Of a stretch of 64,000 nt of DNA, positions 29,252-38,958 are shown piece after piece (the stretch's first letter is position 1; every line of letters begins with the position of its first letter). The notes under the pieces are model-generated. The model had not been told where the DNA came from and ran no database searches. It worked only from the letters and a program-made list of their open reading frames with translations. Position numbers and translations under genes: made by a program. Origin of the DNA: Nitrospirota bacterium (GTDB lineage: Bacteria; Nitrospirota; UBA9217); contig CAWJQQ010000009.1 of assembly GCA_963845065.1 (NCBI GenBank), positions 416,001 to 480,000 on the forward strand, written 5' to 3'.

Positions 29252-29664
29252 CATCCGACGATTTTGATTCACCACGTGTTTCTCGTGTAAGATCCCGCAG
29301 GCATCATCTGCGGGTCAACGCTCCCGTTCGGCCGCGCGAGCGGATCAGGCGATGATTTCTGCGTGTGAGTATAATGGGAATCACGTTTGTTTTTTTATAA
29401 TCAGACCGACACGAGCTCTCACTCTCCATAAACTGCCCATTCAGGCTTTAACCAAAAACGACCCCTCGAAGCATTACCCTATATATAGAGACCATCGGTC
29501 ATCATCCTGCCGCTCCGGGCTTCTTGAATTATGGATTGAGTACGACGTGAAGATGTCGTCACAATCCTTATTGATTTTGCAGGACCGCTGGCACAGCCCA
29601 AAGGGTTTTGATAGGGAGCAATTTTTTTCTATAAAAATTCATCCTACAGGACTGGAATCTACCT

Positions 29665-31086
29665 CTATTCCAGCCCCTTGACCTCGCCCACTCGGTGAAT
29701 CTTCATCATGTTCGTGCTACCGGCCACGCCGATCGGTACGCCGGCGCTGATTACGATGAGATCGTGCTCTTTGGCGAGTTTCTTGTTGAGCATAACCTGT
29801 TCGACGCTCGCGATCATGTGGTCAGTGGTTTTTTTGGGCCTGAGGATGACTGGCTTCACGCCCCAGTAAAGCGACATCCTCCTGGCTATGTGCTCAAAAG
29901 GCGTAGGCGCGATGATGCTCATTCGTGGCCGGTGTTTTGAGACTAGGAGGGCGGTGGAGCCGGACTGTGTGAACGTCACAATGGCCTGTGCCTGTTGTTC
30001 CTCGGCGGCGCGGCATGCGGCATGGGCAACGCTTTCATCGGGGCCGGATACGTCTGTATCCGGGGGCCAAGGATTGACCGATGTCTCGGCCTGCAATGCG
30101 ATGCGCGCCATGGCCAAGACCGCCTGGATCGGGTATTTCCCCATGGCGGTCTCACCCGAGAGCATGACGCAGTCCGTACCGTCAAGGATCGCATTAGCAA
30201 CGTCCGAGGTCTCGGCTCGCGTGGGCTGGGGATTCTCGATCATGCTTTCGAGCATTTGTGTTGCTGTGATCACCGGTTTTTCCTCCCAGTGGCAGGCCTC
30301 AATGATCCTTTTTTGAAGAAGCGGTACTTTTTCGGGCGACATCTCGACACCTAGATCGCCGCGCGCAACCATGATGCCGTTTGCGGCGCAAATGATCGCA
30401 TCGAGGTTATGAATTGCCTCAGGCTTTTCGATCTTCGCGATGATGGGGATGTCCGCGTTCAGTGACCGTATGAAATGGCGGGTATGCAGGATGTCATCGG
30501 CTGTGCGCACGAAAGAAAGGGCGATATAATCCACCCCATGCTTCACACCAAACCTGATGTCGGCTTTGTCTTTCTTCGAAAGCGAAGGGAGCGAGAGGTG
30601 AGTCCCAGGCAGATTGATGCCTTTGTGGCTTTTTAACATCCCGCCGCGAAGGACCTTGCAGGTTAGACAGCGGGCATCCTTTCTGGTCACACGAAGCTCA
30701 AACTTTCCGTCGTCGAGGAGCAATTTATCTCCTATTTTCAGGTCTTTTGTGAGGCGTGGATAGGTCACCGAGATCAGATCGCTGGTTCCGATGATCCTGC
30801 GCGTGGTGAGGGTCAGGCTGTCTCCCCGTTTGAGCATGACAGCGTCATCTTGCATTATACCTACGCGCAACTTTGGCCCTTGCAAATCTTGCATTATCGC
30901 AATCTGTTTACCGGCTTTTGCGGCTTCGCTCCGTATGAGCTTGATACGTTGGGTATGGTCATTCCAGTCCCCGTGAGAGAAATTCAATCGTGCTACGTCC
31001 ATGCCGGCTCGAATAAGTTTAGAGATGATCGCGGCCGAACTGGATGTTGGACCGATGGTGGCGATGATCTTGGTTCGCTTGGACAT
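29665..31086 (-). CDS. pyk: Pyruvate kinase
   Basis: RTKIIATIGP, RLNFSHG, MVARGDLGVE, ATQMLESM. Confidence 0.97.
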   Translation of the reverse strand: MSKRTKIIATIGPTSSSAAIISKLIRAGMDVARLNFSHGDWNDHTQRIKLIRSEAAKAGKQIAIMQDLQGPKLRVGIMQDDAVMLKRGDSLTLTTRRIIGTSDLISVTYPRLTKDLKIGDKLLLDDGKFELRVTRKDARCLTCKVLRGGMLKSHKGINLPGTHLSLPSLSKKDKADIRFGVKHGVDYIALSFVRTADDILHTRHFIRSLNADIPIIAKIEKPEAIHNLDAIICAANGIMVARGDLGVEMSPEKVPLLQKRIIEACHWEEKPVITATQMLESMIENPQPTRAETSDVANAILDGTDCVMLSGETAMGKYPIQAVLAMARIALQAETSVNPWPPDTDVSGPDESVAHAACRAAEEQQAQAIVTFTQSGSTALLVSKHRPRMSIIAPTPFEHIARRMSLYWGVKPVILRPKKTTDHMIASVEQVMLNKKLAKEHDLIVISAGVPIGVAGSTNMMKIHRVGEVKGLE

Positions 31087-31231
31087 GCAACCTCCTAGAT
31101 TCAGTAGCTAATAGACATAATGGGCATGGAAAGGTTCAGTATCAGGATATCATCATACGGACATTGCAGAGGACTCGACAAAGTCACTTGTCGGCGCCTA
31201 AACAACGATGCTACTGCTAACGTCTCGATCC

Positions 31232-32356
31232 TCACGGTTCCAGCTTCTCCATTTCATATTTTTTCGTTCCCAGCCCGAGTCTCTCCGCCTCGTCGATCTG
31301 AATCTGCATAGGACGCGGATTGAGCTTCGCCATCACGTCGTCTCCTGGCTTTAACTTCAAATCTTCTGCTGCCGACTGAGGAAGGGGAAAAGCGGTACGG
31401 AGCATGTCGAGGGACGCCTGTTCGATGGCCACAACATCATCGGATATCATGATCCCCTGGTCCTGGATCACGGGAACGTCGGCGACAGGCATACAGTCGC
31501 ACTCAGGCTGGATTGCGTAAAGGAAATTGACGTAAACGACCTTGCCTTTTTGAAACGTGGAAAGTACCGCGGCAGCTGCCTCGGCGAGGCTTTTCTGGAA
31601 AGTCACATCATCCTGCGGCAGCGTAAGAGCACCTTCTTGACAGACCCTGCTGCATCGGCCGCAGTGCCAGCAGTTATTTCCGTCGACAACAAATCTGCCC
31701 TCCTTGAAATCGATGGCGTGGAGCGGGCATATGTTCTTGCATTGTTCGCAGAAGGTGCAGATCTCGGGATTCCACTGAAGAATCGCCTCTCCGTGGCAGT
31801 GCATTCCGCCGCGTCCTTTTTTCCAGCCATGCTTGCGGTGACTGGAGCTGACGCAGCCCATGGCAAGATTCTTAAGCGCTCCTGCATAGCCGGAGGCAAT
31901 GTGGCCTTTCGTATGGGAGCATACGATCATGGCAGGAACATCATGTATCGTTGATGCTACAGCAATCTCGCCGAGGATCGGGCCTGCTTTGACCAGGATG
32001 CTGTCCATGCCAAAAAGTCCGTCGGCCAGTACAACCGGTGCGTTGCAGGAGAGGTGGTTCAGTCCATTCTGGTTAGCAACTTCTATGTAATCGAGCCCCA
32101 TGATCCTAACCGTGTCAGTGACAAAAGGCTTTGCGCCGGTTGACCGAACGGCCTCGACAACTTTCCGAATCATAACCGGCGGGACGATTCTGAACGCACC
32201 GTGGGATCCCCAATGGGTCTTGATCGCGACCCATTCGTCCTCCGCGAACCGGCTGGAGAGGTCCATTTTTTCGAGAAGGGTTTTCAGCTTGCCCGGGATG
32301 CTGTGGTTATAATCCCATCGGAGGGTGCGGGCTGTGGAGAAGTAGACTTTGGACAT
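31232..32356 (-). CDS. DUF362-type protein with 2x[4Fe-4S] domain
   Basis: AIKTHWG, SHTKGH, LKNLAMG, CTFCEQCKNICP, PECDC. Confidence 0.85.
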   Translation of the reverse strand: MSKVYFSTARTLRWDYNHSIPGKLKTLLEKMDLSSRFAEDEWVAIKTHWGSHGAFRIVPPVMIRKVVEAVRSTGAKPFVTDTVRIMGLDYIEVANQNGLNHLSCNAPVVLADGLFGMDSILVKAGPILGEIAVASTIHDVPAMIVCSHTKGHIASGYAGALKNLAMGCVSSSHRKHGWKKGRGGMHCHGEAILQWNPEICTFCEQCKNICPLHAIDFKEGRFVVDGNNCWHCGRCSRVCQEGALTLPQDDVTFQKSLAEAAAAVLSTFQKGKVVYVNFLYAIQPECDCMPVADVPVIQDQGIMISDDVVAIEQASLDMLRTAFPLPQSAAEDLKLKPGDDVMAKLNPRPMQIQIDEAERLGLGTKKYEMEKLEP

Positions 32357-32357
32357 T

Positions 32358-33197
32358 TCATTTCCTCGCTTTATCAACTTTTAAACTTTCCTTATATACT
32401 TCCCTCTTCGGCAACCTAAGTTCCTTTGCAGCAGTAGCGACAGCTTCCTTCTTGCTCAGTCCCCGATGGATAATCAAATTCTTAAGATACTCGGCAGTAT
32501 CGATATCCTGCATTAGAGGTTCTGATGAAGCACCATGAACGATGATGGTGAATTCACCTTTAATCGAACGTGTTTGTAAATGCTTCAGGATCTCGGAAAG
32601 CGTTCCTCGAATCGCTTCTTCATGAATCTTCGTTAATTCACGCGTGAAGACCGCCCTGCGGTCACCCAGAACCTCGAGCATGTCCTCGGTGGCTACAATG
32701 ATCTTGTGCGGAGCTTCGTAGAATATCATGGTACGGTCTTCCTTGGCAAGTGCCTGAAGTCGCTTGAGCCGTGCCACGTGTTTGGCCGGGAGAAAGCCCT
32801 CGAAAACGAACCTGTCGGTCGGCATGCCGGATACCGAAAGAGCTGCGACGGCTGCAGTTGCGCCGGGGATGGGGATGACAGATATTTTCTGATCTATGGC
32901 GAGGTTGATCAGGAAGTAACCGGGATCAGAGATTCCGGGTGTACCTGCGTCGGAGACCAGGGCAATATTCTTTCCTTCGAGCAAACGCGCAACAAGTACT
33001 GGAGCTTTTTCTTCCTTATTGTGGTCGTGATAACTCGTGAGTTGCGTTTCGATTTGGTATCGGTCAAGTAAATGTTTCGTATGGCGGGTGTCTTCGGATG
33101 CGATAAGGTCTGAGTCTTTGAGCACGCGGATAGCCCTGAGAGTCATGTCCTCAAGATTGCCGATTGGTGTGGCGACTATGTAGAGCGTGCCAGTCAT
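32358..33197 (-). CDS. rsmI: 16S rRNA C1402 2'-O-methyltransferase
   Basis: LYIVATPIGNLED, EDTR, SDAGTPGISDPG, RELTKIHEE. Confidence 0.96.
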   Translation of the reverse strand: MTGTLYIVATPIGNLEDMTLRAIRVLKDSDLIASEDTRHTKHLLDRYQIETQLTSYHDHNKEEKAPVLVARLLEGKNIALVSDAGTPGISDPGYFLINLAIDQKISVIPIPGATAAVAALSVSGMPTDRFVFEGFLPAKHVARLKRLQALAKEDRTMIFYEAPHKIIVATEDMLEVLGDRRAVFTRELTKIHEEAIRGTLSEILKHLQTRSIKGEFTIIVHGASSEPLMQDIDTAEYLKNLIIHRGLSKKEAVATAAKELRLPKREVYKESLKVDKARK

Positions 33198-33299
33198 AAT
33201 AATCGGATCACGGGTTCAGCGGCGAGGAGACAAGGTGAGACCCAAGTCGCAAGGATTTTTTTGTCGTGCCCAAGCCTCTAACAAATTAACTTTGCTGTA

Positions 33300-35024
33300 T
33301 CAATAACTTTTGTATCGATTCGTAATCGGAAACCTTCTATCCTTCCCTAAGCTGCGTGGTGTGATTTTTACGCCGGGTGGGGCTTGGCGACGTTTGTACT
33401 CGCTGGAATCGACCAGTCGGATCACGCGCTCCACTGTTTTCCGTTCAAAGCCCATCTTAAGCATCTCGTCGAACTCTTTGTCATCTTCTACATAGGCCTT
33501 AAGGATCGGGTCGAGCACCGCATAGATGGGCAATGTATCACTATCCTTCTGGTTAGGACGGAGTTCAGCAGTAGGAGCCTTGACCAACACACGTTTCGGT
33601 ATGATAGCTTTTTTTGCAAGACGGTTGATGCACTTGCACACATCGTAGACCATCGTCTTCGGCACATCCTTGATCACGGCAAAGCCTCCGGCCATGTCGC
33701 CGTAGAGTGTGGCATAGCCGGTAGACATCTCGCTCTTGTTCCCCGTCGTAAGCACGAGCCAGCCAAACTTGTTCGAGAAAGCCATGAGAATGTTGCCCCT
33801 TATTCTTGCCTGGAGGTTTTCCTCGGTAACGTCCTGTTTCGTATTCGCGAACACGGCACGCAGGGTGTTCAGGTAGGCATTGAATGGCTGGTGGATGGGA
33901 ACGGAAAATAATTTTACACCAAGGTTGCGGGTGAGTTCAGTTGCGTCGTCGCAGCTTTCGTCCGAGCTGTACATGGAAGGCATGAATACCCCGTGGACAT
34001 TCTCTTTTCCAATGGCCGCGACGGCGACAGCTGCCACCAATGAAGAATCGATACCACCGGAGAGGCCTATAACCACGGACTTGAAGCCGGTTTTTTTCAC
34101 GTAATCCCGTGTACCGAGTACGAGTGCGCGGTATACCTCTTCGGGAAGAGTATAAGGCTTCACGACACGCACTGGGGCTAGGGATTTTTTCTTTGCCGCC
34201 GGCCTGTCAGAAAGAATGACGGAATCGATGAAATCCCGATGCTCATCGAGGATCAGTTCCGACGACATATCAGCGCCATGGCGTGCCGGTCCGGGCAACT
34301 TAATGTCATGGGTAATGAGATCTTCTTCAAACTGTCTGCCTGTGGCGATCAGTTTCCCCTTAGGATCCAGGATCATGCTGTGGCCGTCGAAGACAAGTTC
34401 ATCTTGGCCGCCAACGGTGTTGGTGTAGACAACGTAGACGTTGTTCTCTTTTGCGCGTGCAGCGAGCATCTGCTGGCGTTCACTGCCTTTGCCTTTGTGA
34501 TAGGGCGATGCGTTGATCGTTATGATAATTTCGGCTCCCGCGAGCGACTGAGTGCGGGCCGGGCCGTCTGCATACCAGATGTCCTCACATACGTTGACGC
34601 CGATGTTTACGCTCTTGACCGTGACGATGGGGAAACGATTGCCCGGCTTGAAATAGCGGTATTCGTCGAACACACCGTAGTTTGGCAGCAGCATCTTGTG
34701 ATAGACATGGACGAGGCTTCCATTGCTCACAACAGCCGCGGCATCGTAAATATGATTATTGTTGTTCACGAACCCGACGATGGCAGTGATGCCTAGCGTT
34801 GCCCTTGAGATCTCCTTGAGCGTATGAAGGTTGTCTTTAACGAACTGGGGTTTGAGCACGAGGTCCTCGGGTGGGTAGCCGGTAACGGCAAGCTCGGTGA
34901 ATGCGACAATGTCGGCATCTTGTTTTTTCGCGCGGTTAATATAGTCGATGATCTTGTCACGGTTGCCAGCGAGGTCGCCGACCGTAGGGTTTATCTGGGC
35001 CATGGAAATGCGGATTGTTCTCAT
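33300..35024 (-). CDS. nadE: Glutamine-dependent NAD+ synthetase
   Basis: N-terminal nitrilase domain; GLSGGIDS, ENLQARIRG, TGNKSE. Confidence 0.96.
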   Translation of the reverse strand: MRTIRISMAQINPTVGDLAGNRDKIIDYINRAKKQDADIVAFTELAVTGYPPEDLVLKPQFVKDNLHTLKEISRATLGITAIVGFVNNNNHIYDAAAVVSNGSLVHVYHKMLLPNYGVFDEYRYFKPGNRFPIVTVKSVNIGVNVCEDIWYADGPARTQSLAGAEIIITINASPYHKGKGSERQQMLAARAKENNVYVVYTNTVGGQDELVFDGHSMILDPKGKLIATGRQFEEDLITHDIKLPGPARHGADMSSELILDEHRDFIDSVILSDRPAAKKKSLAPVRVVKPYTLPEEVYRALVLGTRDYVKKTGFKSVVIGLSGGIDSSLVAAVAVAAIGKENVHGVFMPSMYSSDESCDDATELTRNLGVKLFSVPIHQPFNAYLNTLRAVFANTKQDVTEENLQARIRGNILMAFSNKFGWLVLTTGNKSEMSTGYATLYGDMAGGFAVIKDVPKTMVYDVCKCINRLAKKAIIPKRVLVKAPTAELRPNQKDSDTLPIYAVLDPILKAYVEDDKEFDEMLKMGFERKTVERVIRLVDSSEYKRRQAPPGVKITPRSLGKDRRFPITNRYKSY

Positions 35025-35203
35025 GAAACTCCTTTTTAGAATACCCTGGATAACGAAGGTGGCATAGAGCTACTCAGTAGAGAAGAATCTTGATATAGAA
35101 TAACACAAATAACTATGAAAATATTTTACAAATCATAAACGCCTGTGTTTTTCCCAATATTATCTTGGGTGAATGTATATCTCCGTGCTCTGTGCCTACG
35201 TGG

Positions 35204-36364
35204 TCACAATTGTTTTTTTGCTTCTTCCATCACGACCTTCAACGGGATATGTTTCTCCTTCGCTATTCTAAGGCAGTCATCGTACTCAGGCGTTGCAGTG
35301 AGTATTTTTTCTCCACGCCTGCTTATTTTCATTTTTATCATGCCGTATATCGTTTCGACTTCCTTAATTTCCCGATATAACTTCTTTCTCCTGACTTCCT
35401 GGATGCGAACTCCGATGCTTGTCGTATCAGTGAATATAGTGTCAAGGACCGCGTCGATCTTTGATTTGTCTGTAAGCACCGACAACAGGATAGCAGGCCT
35501 GCCTTTTTTCATGATGATAGGCGTGAGATAGGCATCCTGCGCACCCTGGCTCATAATTTTATCAACAATATAATCATAGACTTGGGGATTCATATCGTCA
35601 ATGTTCGTCTCGATGACGATAGATGAGTCTTCATCGTAGAGCGTTGTGGGTTCTCCAATAAGGAGCCGCAGGACATTCGGCTTCCCTGCAAAGTCCCTTT
35701 CGCCTGCTCCGTAAGCTACTCGATCAACCTTCATCGAAGGCAGCAGACCGAAAGAAGTACCGAGCGTACTGATGATGGCTGCGCCGGTCGGCGTCGCGAG
35801 TTCGAACTGTGTGCTTGACTGATAGAATGGGATACCTATCAGCATTTCAGCCGTAGCTGGAGCTGGAATCGGCAGCAGACCGTGTGAGGTCTGTATCGTT
35901 CCCGAGCCTACGTTTACCGCCGATGACATGATCTCAGTGATTCCCAATAGATCCAGTCCAATGGCTGCTCCAACAATATCAACAATGCAGTCCAATGCAC
36001 CTACTTCATGAAAATGGACGTTGTCTCGGGTCGTTGCGTGGACCTTTGCTTCAACATCGGCCAACCGTGTGAATATCCGACCGCTTTTTTCCTTGATCGA
36101 AGTCGAGAGGGAGGATCTATCAATGATTGTCAGAATGTCAGTGAGATGCCTGGTTCTCTGCTCCTTGTGGTCGGTAATAACATGAACTTTGGTTGCTGCG
36201 ATGCCGCAACGGATGACCTTTTCGGCTTTGAGCTCATAACCCGGGAGATTCAGCTTAGACAGCTCTGCGCGCAAAGAATCAATGGCGATGCCCGCGTCTA
36301 CTATTGCACCGAGGGTCATGTCGCCGGAAATGCCGGAAAAACAGTCGAAGTAAGCGATAGTCAT
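35204..36364 (-). CDS. larC: Nickel-pincer cofactor nickel insertase
   Basis: GISGDM, VHFHEVGA, ETNIDDM, MKKGRP, PEYDD. Confidence 0.95.
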   Translation of the reverse strand: MTIAYFDCFSGISGDMTLGAIVDAGIAIDSLRAELSKLNLPGYELKAEKVIRCGIAATKVHVITDHKEQRTRHLTDILTIIDRSSLSTSIKEKSGRIFTRLADVEAKVHATTRDNVHFHEVGALDCIVDIVGAAIGLDLLGITEIMSSAVNVGSGTIQTSHGLLPIPAPATAEMLIGIPFYQSSTQFELATPTGAAIISTLGTSFGLLPSMKVDRVAYGAGERDFAGKPNVLRLLIGEPTTLYDEDSSIVIETNIDDMNPQVYDYIVDKIMSQGAQDAYLTPIIMKKGRPAILLSVLTDKSKIDAVLDTIFTDTTSIGVRIQEVRRKKLYREIKEVETIYGMIKMKISRRGEKILTATPEYDDCLRIAKEKHIPLKVVMEEAKKQL

Positions 36365-36531
36365 AGCAAGACTGGTCTATCGAAAAGCAGCAAAGGACGC
36401 AAAAATAATCTCTGCAGTGAGTAAGAGCCGGCAGCAACTGCCAATTTTATGATCCTTCTTAGAATCAATCTTTTCATTTAGCCCTTTGCTGTTTCTCTAC
36501 GGATTTTGCGCATCTGCGAGAAATCTGGATC

Positions 36532-37287
36532 TTATTTTTCACCAATTAAATTTATCCTATGCGCCAGCACGCCGGCGCCGAAGCCATTGTCGATGTTCAT
36601 GACGGCAATGCCAGATGCGCATGAGTTCAGCATCGTAAGGAGGGGAGCTAATCCTTGAAACCCGGCGCCATAGCCGACGCTCGTAGGTACGGCGATAATC
36701 GGCTTGTCTACGAGGCCGCCCACTACTGACGGGAGCGCTCCGTCCATGCCCGCAACTACAACAATCACGCGCGCGGCATCGAACTTGTCGCGCTTGCTTA
36801 AAACGCGGTGGATGCCTGCAACACCCACGTCATACACGGTCTGGACAGTGCTGCCGAGCATCTCCGCGGTAACCGCTGCTTCTTCGGCCACAGGAATGTC
36901 CGAAGTCCCGGCAGTCAAGACCAGTACGATGCCTTTTGTGGCTATCTTTTTTGAATGTTGTATAACGATGGTCCTCGACGCTTCATGGTAAGCAGCCCTG
37001 CGGTCGATTTTTTTGATCGCTTTATAGACAATTTCGTTCGCACGTGTGGCTAAGACGTCGCTCCCTGCCTTGAGCATTAGCTTCGTGATGCCCACAATCT
37101 GCACTAGTGTCTTCCCTTCGCAGTAGATGACCTCGGGCATGCCGTGGCGCAGATGACGGTGGTGGTCGATATGAGCGTAGGCCACATCTTCAAATGGCAT
37201 GTGCTTGAGACGGGTGAGCGCGTCCTCAATATCGATTTTGCCCGAGCGAACGGCCTGAAGAAGTTCGGTGAGCTGGGATATATTCAT
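36532..37287 (-). CDS. larB: Nickel-pincer cofactor carboxylase/hydrolase
   Basis: AGTSDIPVAEEA, DVGVAGIHR, AVPTSVGYG, NIDNGFGA. Confidence 0.95.
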   Translation of the reverse strand: MNISQLTELLQAVRSGKIDIEDALTRLKHMPFEDVAYAHIDHHRHLRHGMPEVIYCEGKTLVQIVGITKLMLKAGSDVLATRANEIVYKAIKKIDRRAAYHEASRTIVIQHSKKIATKGIVLVLTAGTSDIPVAEEAAVTAEMLGSTVQTVYDVGVAGIHRVLSKRDKFDAARVIVVVAGMDGALPSVVGGLVDKPIIAVPTSVGYGAGFQGLAPLLTMLNSCASGIAVMNIDNGFGAGVLAHRINLIGEK

Positions 37288-37349
37288 CACGCCCACGCCG
37301 AGGAAACCCCTGTCTTTAGACATGGGGAGAAATCGACGCCTCCTCCTCC

Positions 37350-37764
37350 GCTAAATTTGCATAAATACCGCGATTGTGCGATATTTATGCATGTGAAATA
37401 AGTATCACAAATCAAGCTTCTTTCTGCGCAATAGCAATCAGATGCACGCACTCTACTCCACACTTCACGCCGCGAATTCCGCCTGCAACTACGTAAGCAC
37501 ACAAGCCTGGTCCATGAAGAGCTTCGAGCAATATGGCCTGCACCACCTCTGCTACAAGGGAATCCGTACCCGGTTTTGCCCGTCTGCTCAAGCAGCCGTA
37601 CGGGTGATTTCCACCGACCATATCGCCGCGGCGGTGAATATCCGACAGGCTGCCATCAGCGAGTCAATCGTAGCGCGCGATGATGCCAAAACTGGTCCGT
37701 TCCACGGAATTGCGGCGGAGCGAAGTTACAACCCCCTGGATTTATACATGGGGTAGTTGATGAC
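37350..37764 (+). pseudogene. tnpB: Internally deleted IS200/IS605-type tnpB remnant with right-end motif
   Basis: QIKLL...ANSACNYVS..AW....QYGLHHLCY..IR.RF..SAQAAVRVI resembles the TnpB N-terminus and is fused directly to the C-terminal DH.AA.NI...IVARDDAK. Ends in CAACCCCCTGGATTTATACATGGGGTAGTTGA. Stops and a frameshift near the start. Confidence 0.75.
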
Positions 37765-37784
37765 GTGCCTGCACTATGGCAGTG

Positions 37785-38873
37785 TCAACTCTGCCAGCGC
37801 CGTCGCCCACGGCCGGGCCGCTCTCCGCCACATTCATTAATGGTCTGAATGGCTCGTTCCCTTTTTATCGGGAACTTCATTGACCGCATTTCATTCACAA
37901 ACCGCTTAAGATAGTGGACTGATCTCCCGCACTTGTTCAATGCCTTGAACGTCATACCGGTATAAAAAAGCATCATGGGGTTCTTTGGCCGCAGGCGTTC
38001 GACGATGTGGAATTCCTGCAATGCTTCCTGATTCCTCTTCTGGTCCTTTAGAATGATGCCCAGCTTCAGGTGCGGGCTAGGGTTAAGCGGATGCTGCTGT
38101 ATGGCAATGCGTAGTCTATTTTCGGCTCCTGAGAAATCCCCTTTTTTCTGATAAATTGAAGCGAGCATGAGCTGAGCCTGCTCGTTCTGCGGGTTGGTCT
38201 CGACAGCTTGCTGCAGGATTACGGCTGATTTGTCGAGGTCTGCCTGTTTAATCTCCTTGCCGTTTCCATCCACCTCTACTAATTGAGAGCCGATGTTGAT
38301 CCATACCGTTTTGGCGTCGTCGTTGGCTTCTTCTTTTGAAAGTACCGTGTCCAGTTGTTTCCTTGTCTCAGCCGCCTTTGCCTTGTCTTTTTCTGCGGCA
38401 AGCTGCACGACCAGCGAGTCGCGCTCCTTCTTGAGGTCATTGTTTTCTTTGGAGGATACATCTAGCTGCTCCTTCAAGTCTTCGTTTTCCCGGTAGCGGT
38501 CGATCTGGGCAGTCAGAACATCGGTGTCTATTTTGCACCTAGCCTTGATATATATTTCCGGATGATCAGTGGTCCCGCGCATCTGCTCGGACACGACCTC
38601 GGTCTCGAGTACACCTGCTGTATAAGACATTACTTCATCCTTAGTGAGCTGGTAATTTTTGACAGTGGTCAAGCTTTCGACATAGGTGCCGGCCAGTTCG
38701 AGGGCTTTTCTCTTGGCCTCTTGCGTGGCAATGCGACGCGCGTCGACCTTGCTGTCGTTGTCTCCCATGATGAATGTGCTGTCCGCTTCGATAATTTTGA
38801 CTTCAGCATACGCTCTCGAGAGCGGAAGAGCAGAGGTGAGAATAGTAATCACCAAGAGAAGATATTTTTTCAT
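37785..38873 (-). CDS. Secreted TPR-repeat protein with coiled coil
   Basis: Signal peptide; ARRIATQEAKRKALE..G.YVES domain; C-terminal TPRs. Confidence 0.8.
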   Translation of the reverse strand: MKKYLLLVITILTSALPLSRAYAEVKIIEADSTFIMGDNDSKVDARRIATQEAKRKALELAGTYVESLTTVKNYQLTKDEVMSYTAGVLETEVVSEQMRGTTDHPEIYIKARCKIDTDVLTAQIDRYRENEDLKEQLDVSSKENNDLKKERDSLVVQLAAEKDKAKAAETRKQLDTVLSKEEANDDAKTVWINIGSQLVEVDGNGKEIKQADLDKSAVILQQAVETNPQNEQAQLMLASIYQKKGDFSGAENRLRIAIQQHPLNPSPHLKLGIILKDQKRNQEALQEFHIVERLRPKNPMMLFYTGMTFKALNKCGRSVHYLKRFVNEMRSMKFPIKRERAIQTINECGGERPGRGRRRWQS

Positions 38874-38958
38874 GGAATACTACCTCCAAAAAAAGCATGG
38901 CGGAACGATAGCACCTGCTTTACATCATCCCGACGGAACCTTGAATTTACGGCACATT

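Larger units (their letters stand above)
27136..29537 (+). mobile_element. Integrase + IS91-type (Y2) transposase element
   Basis: Two coupled mobility genes in opposite orientation to their neighbours, bounded by imperfect inverted repeats at 27136-27167 and 29507-29537. Confidence 0.75.

Noticed and set aside
35114..35131. Rex-like palindrome upstream of nadE
   Set aside because: Only one half-site fits TTGTGAA-N4-TTCACAA; AT-rich background.
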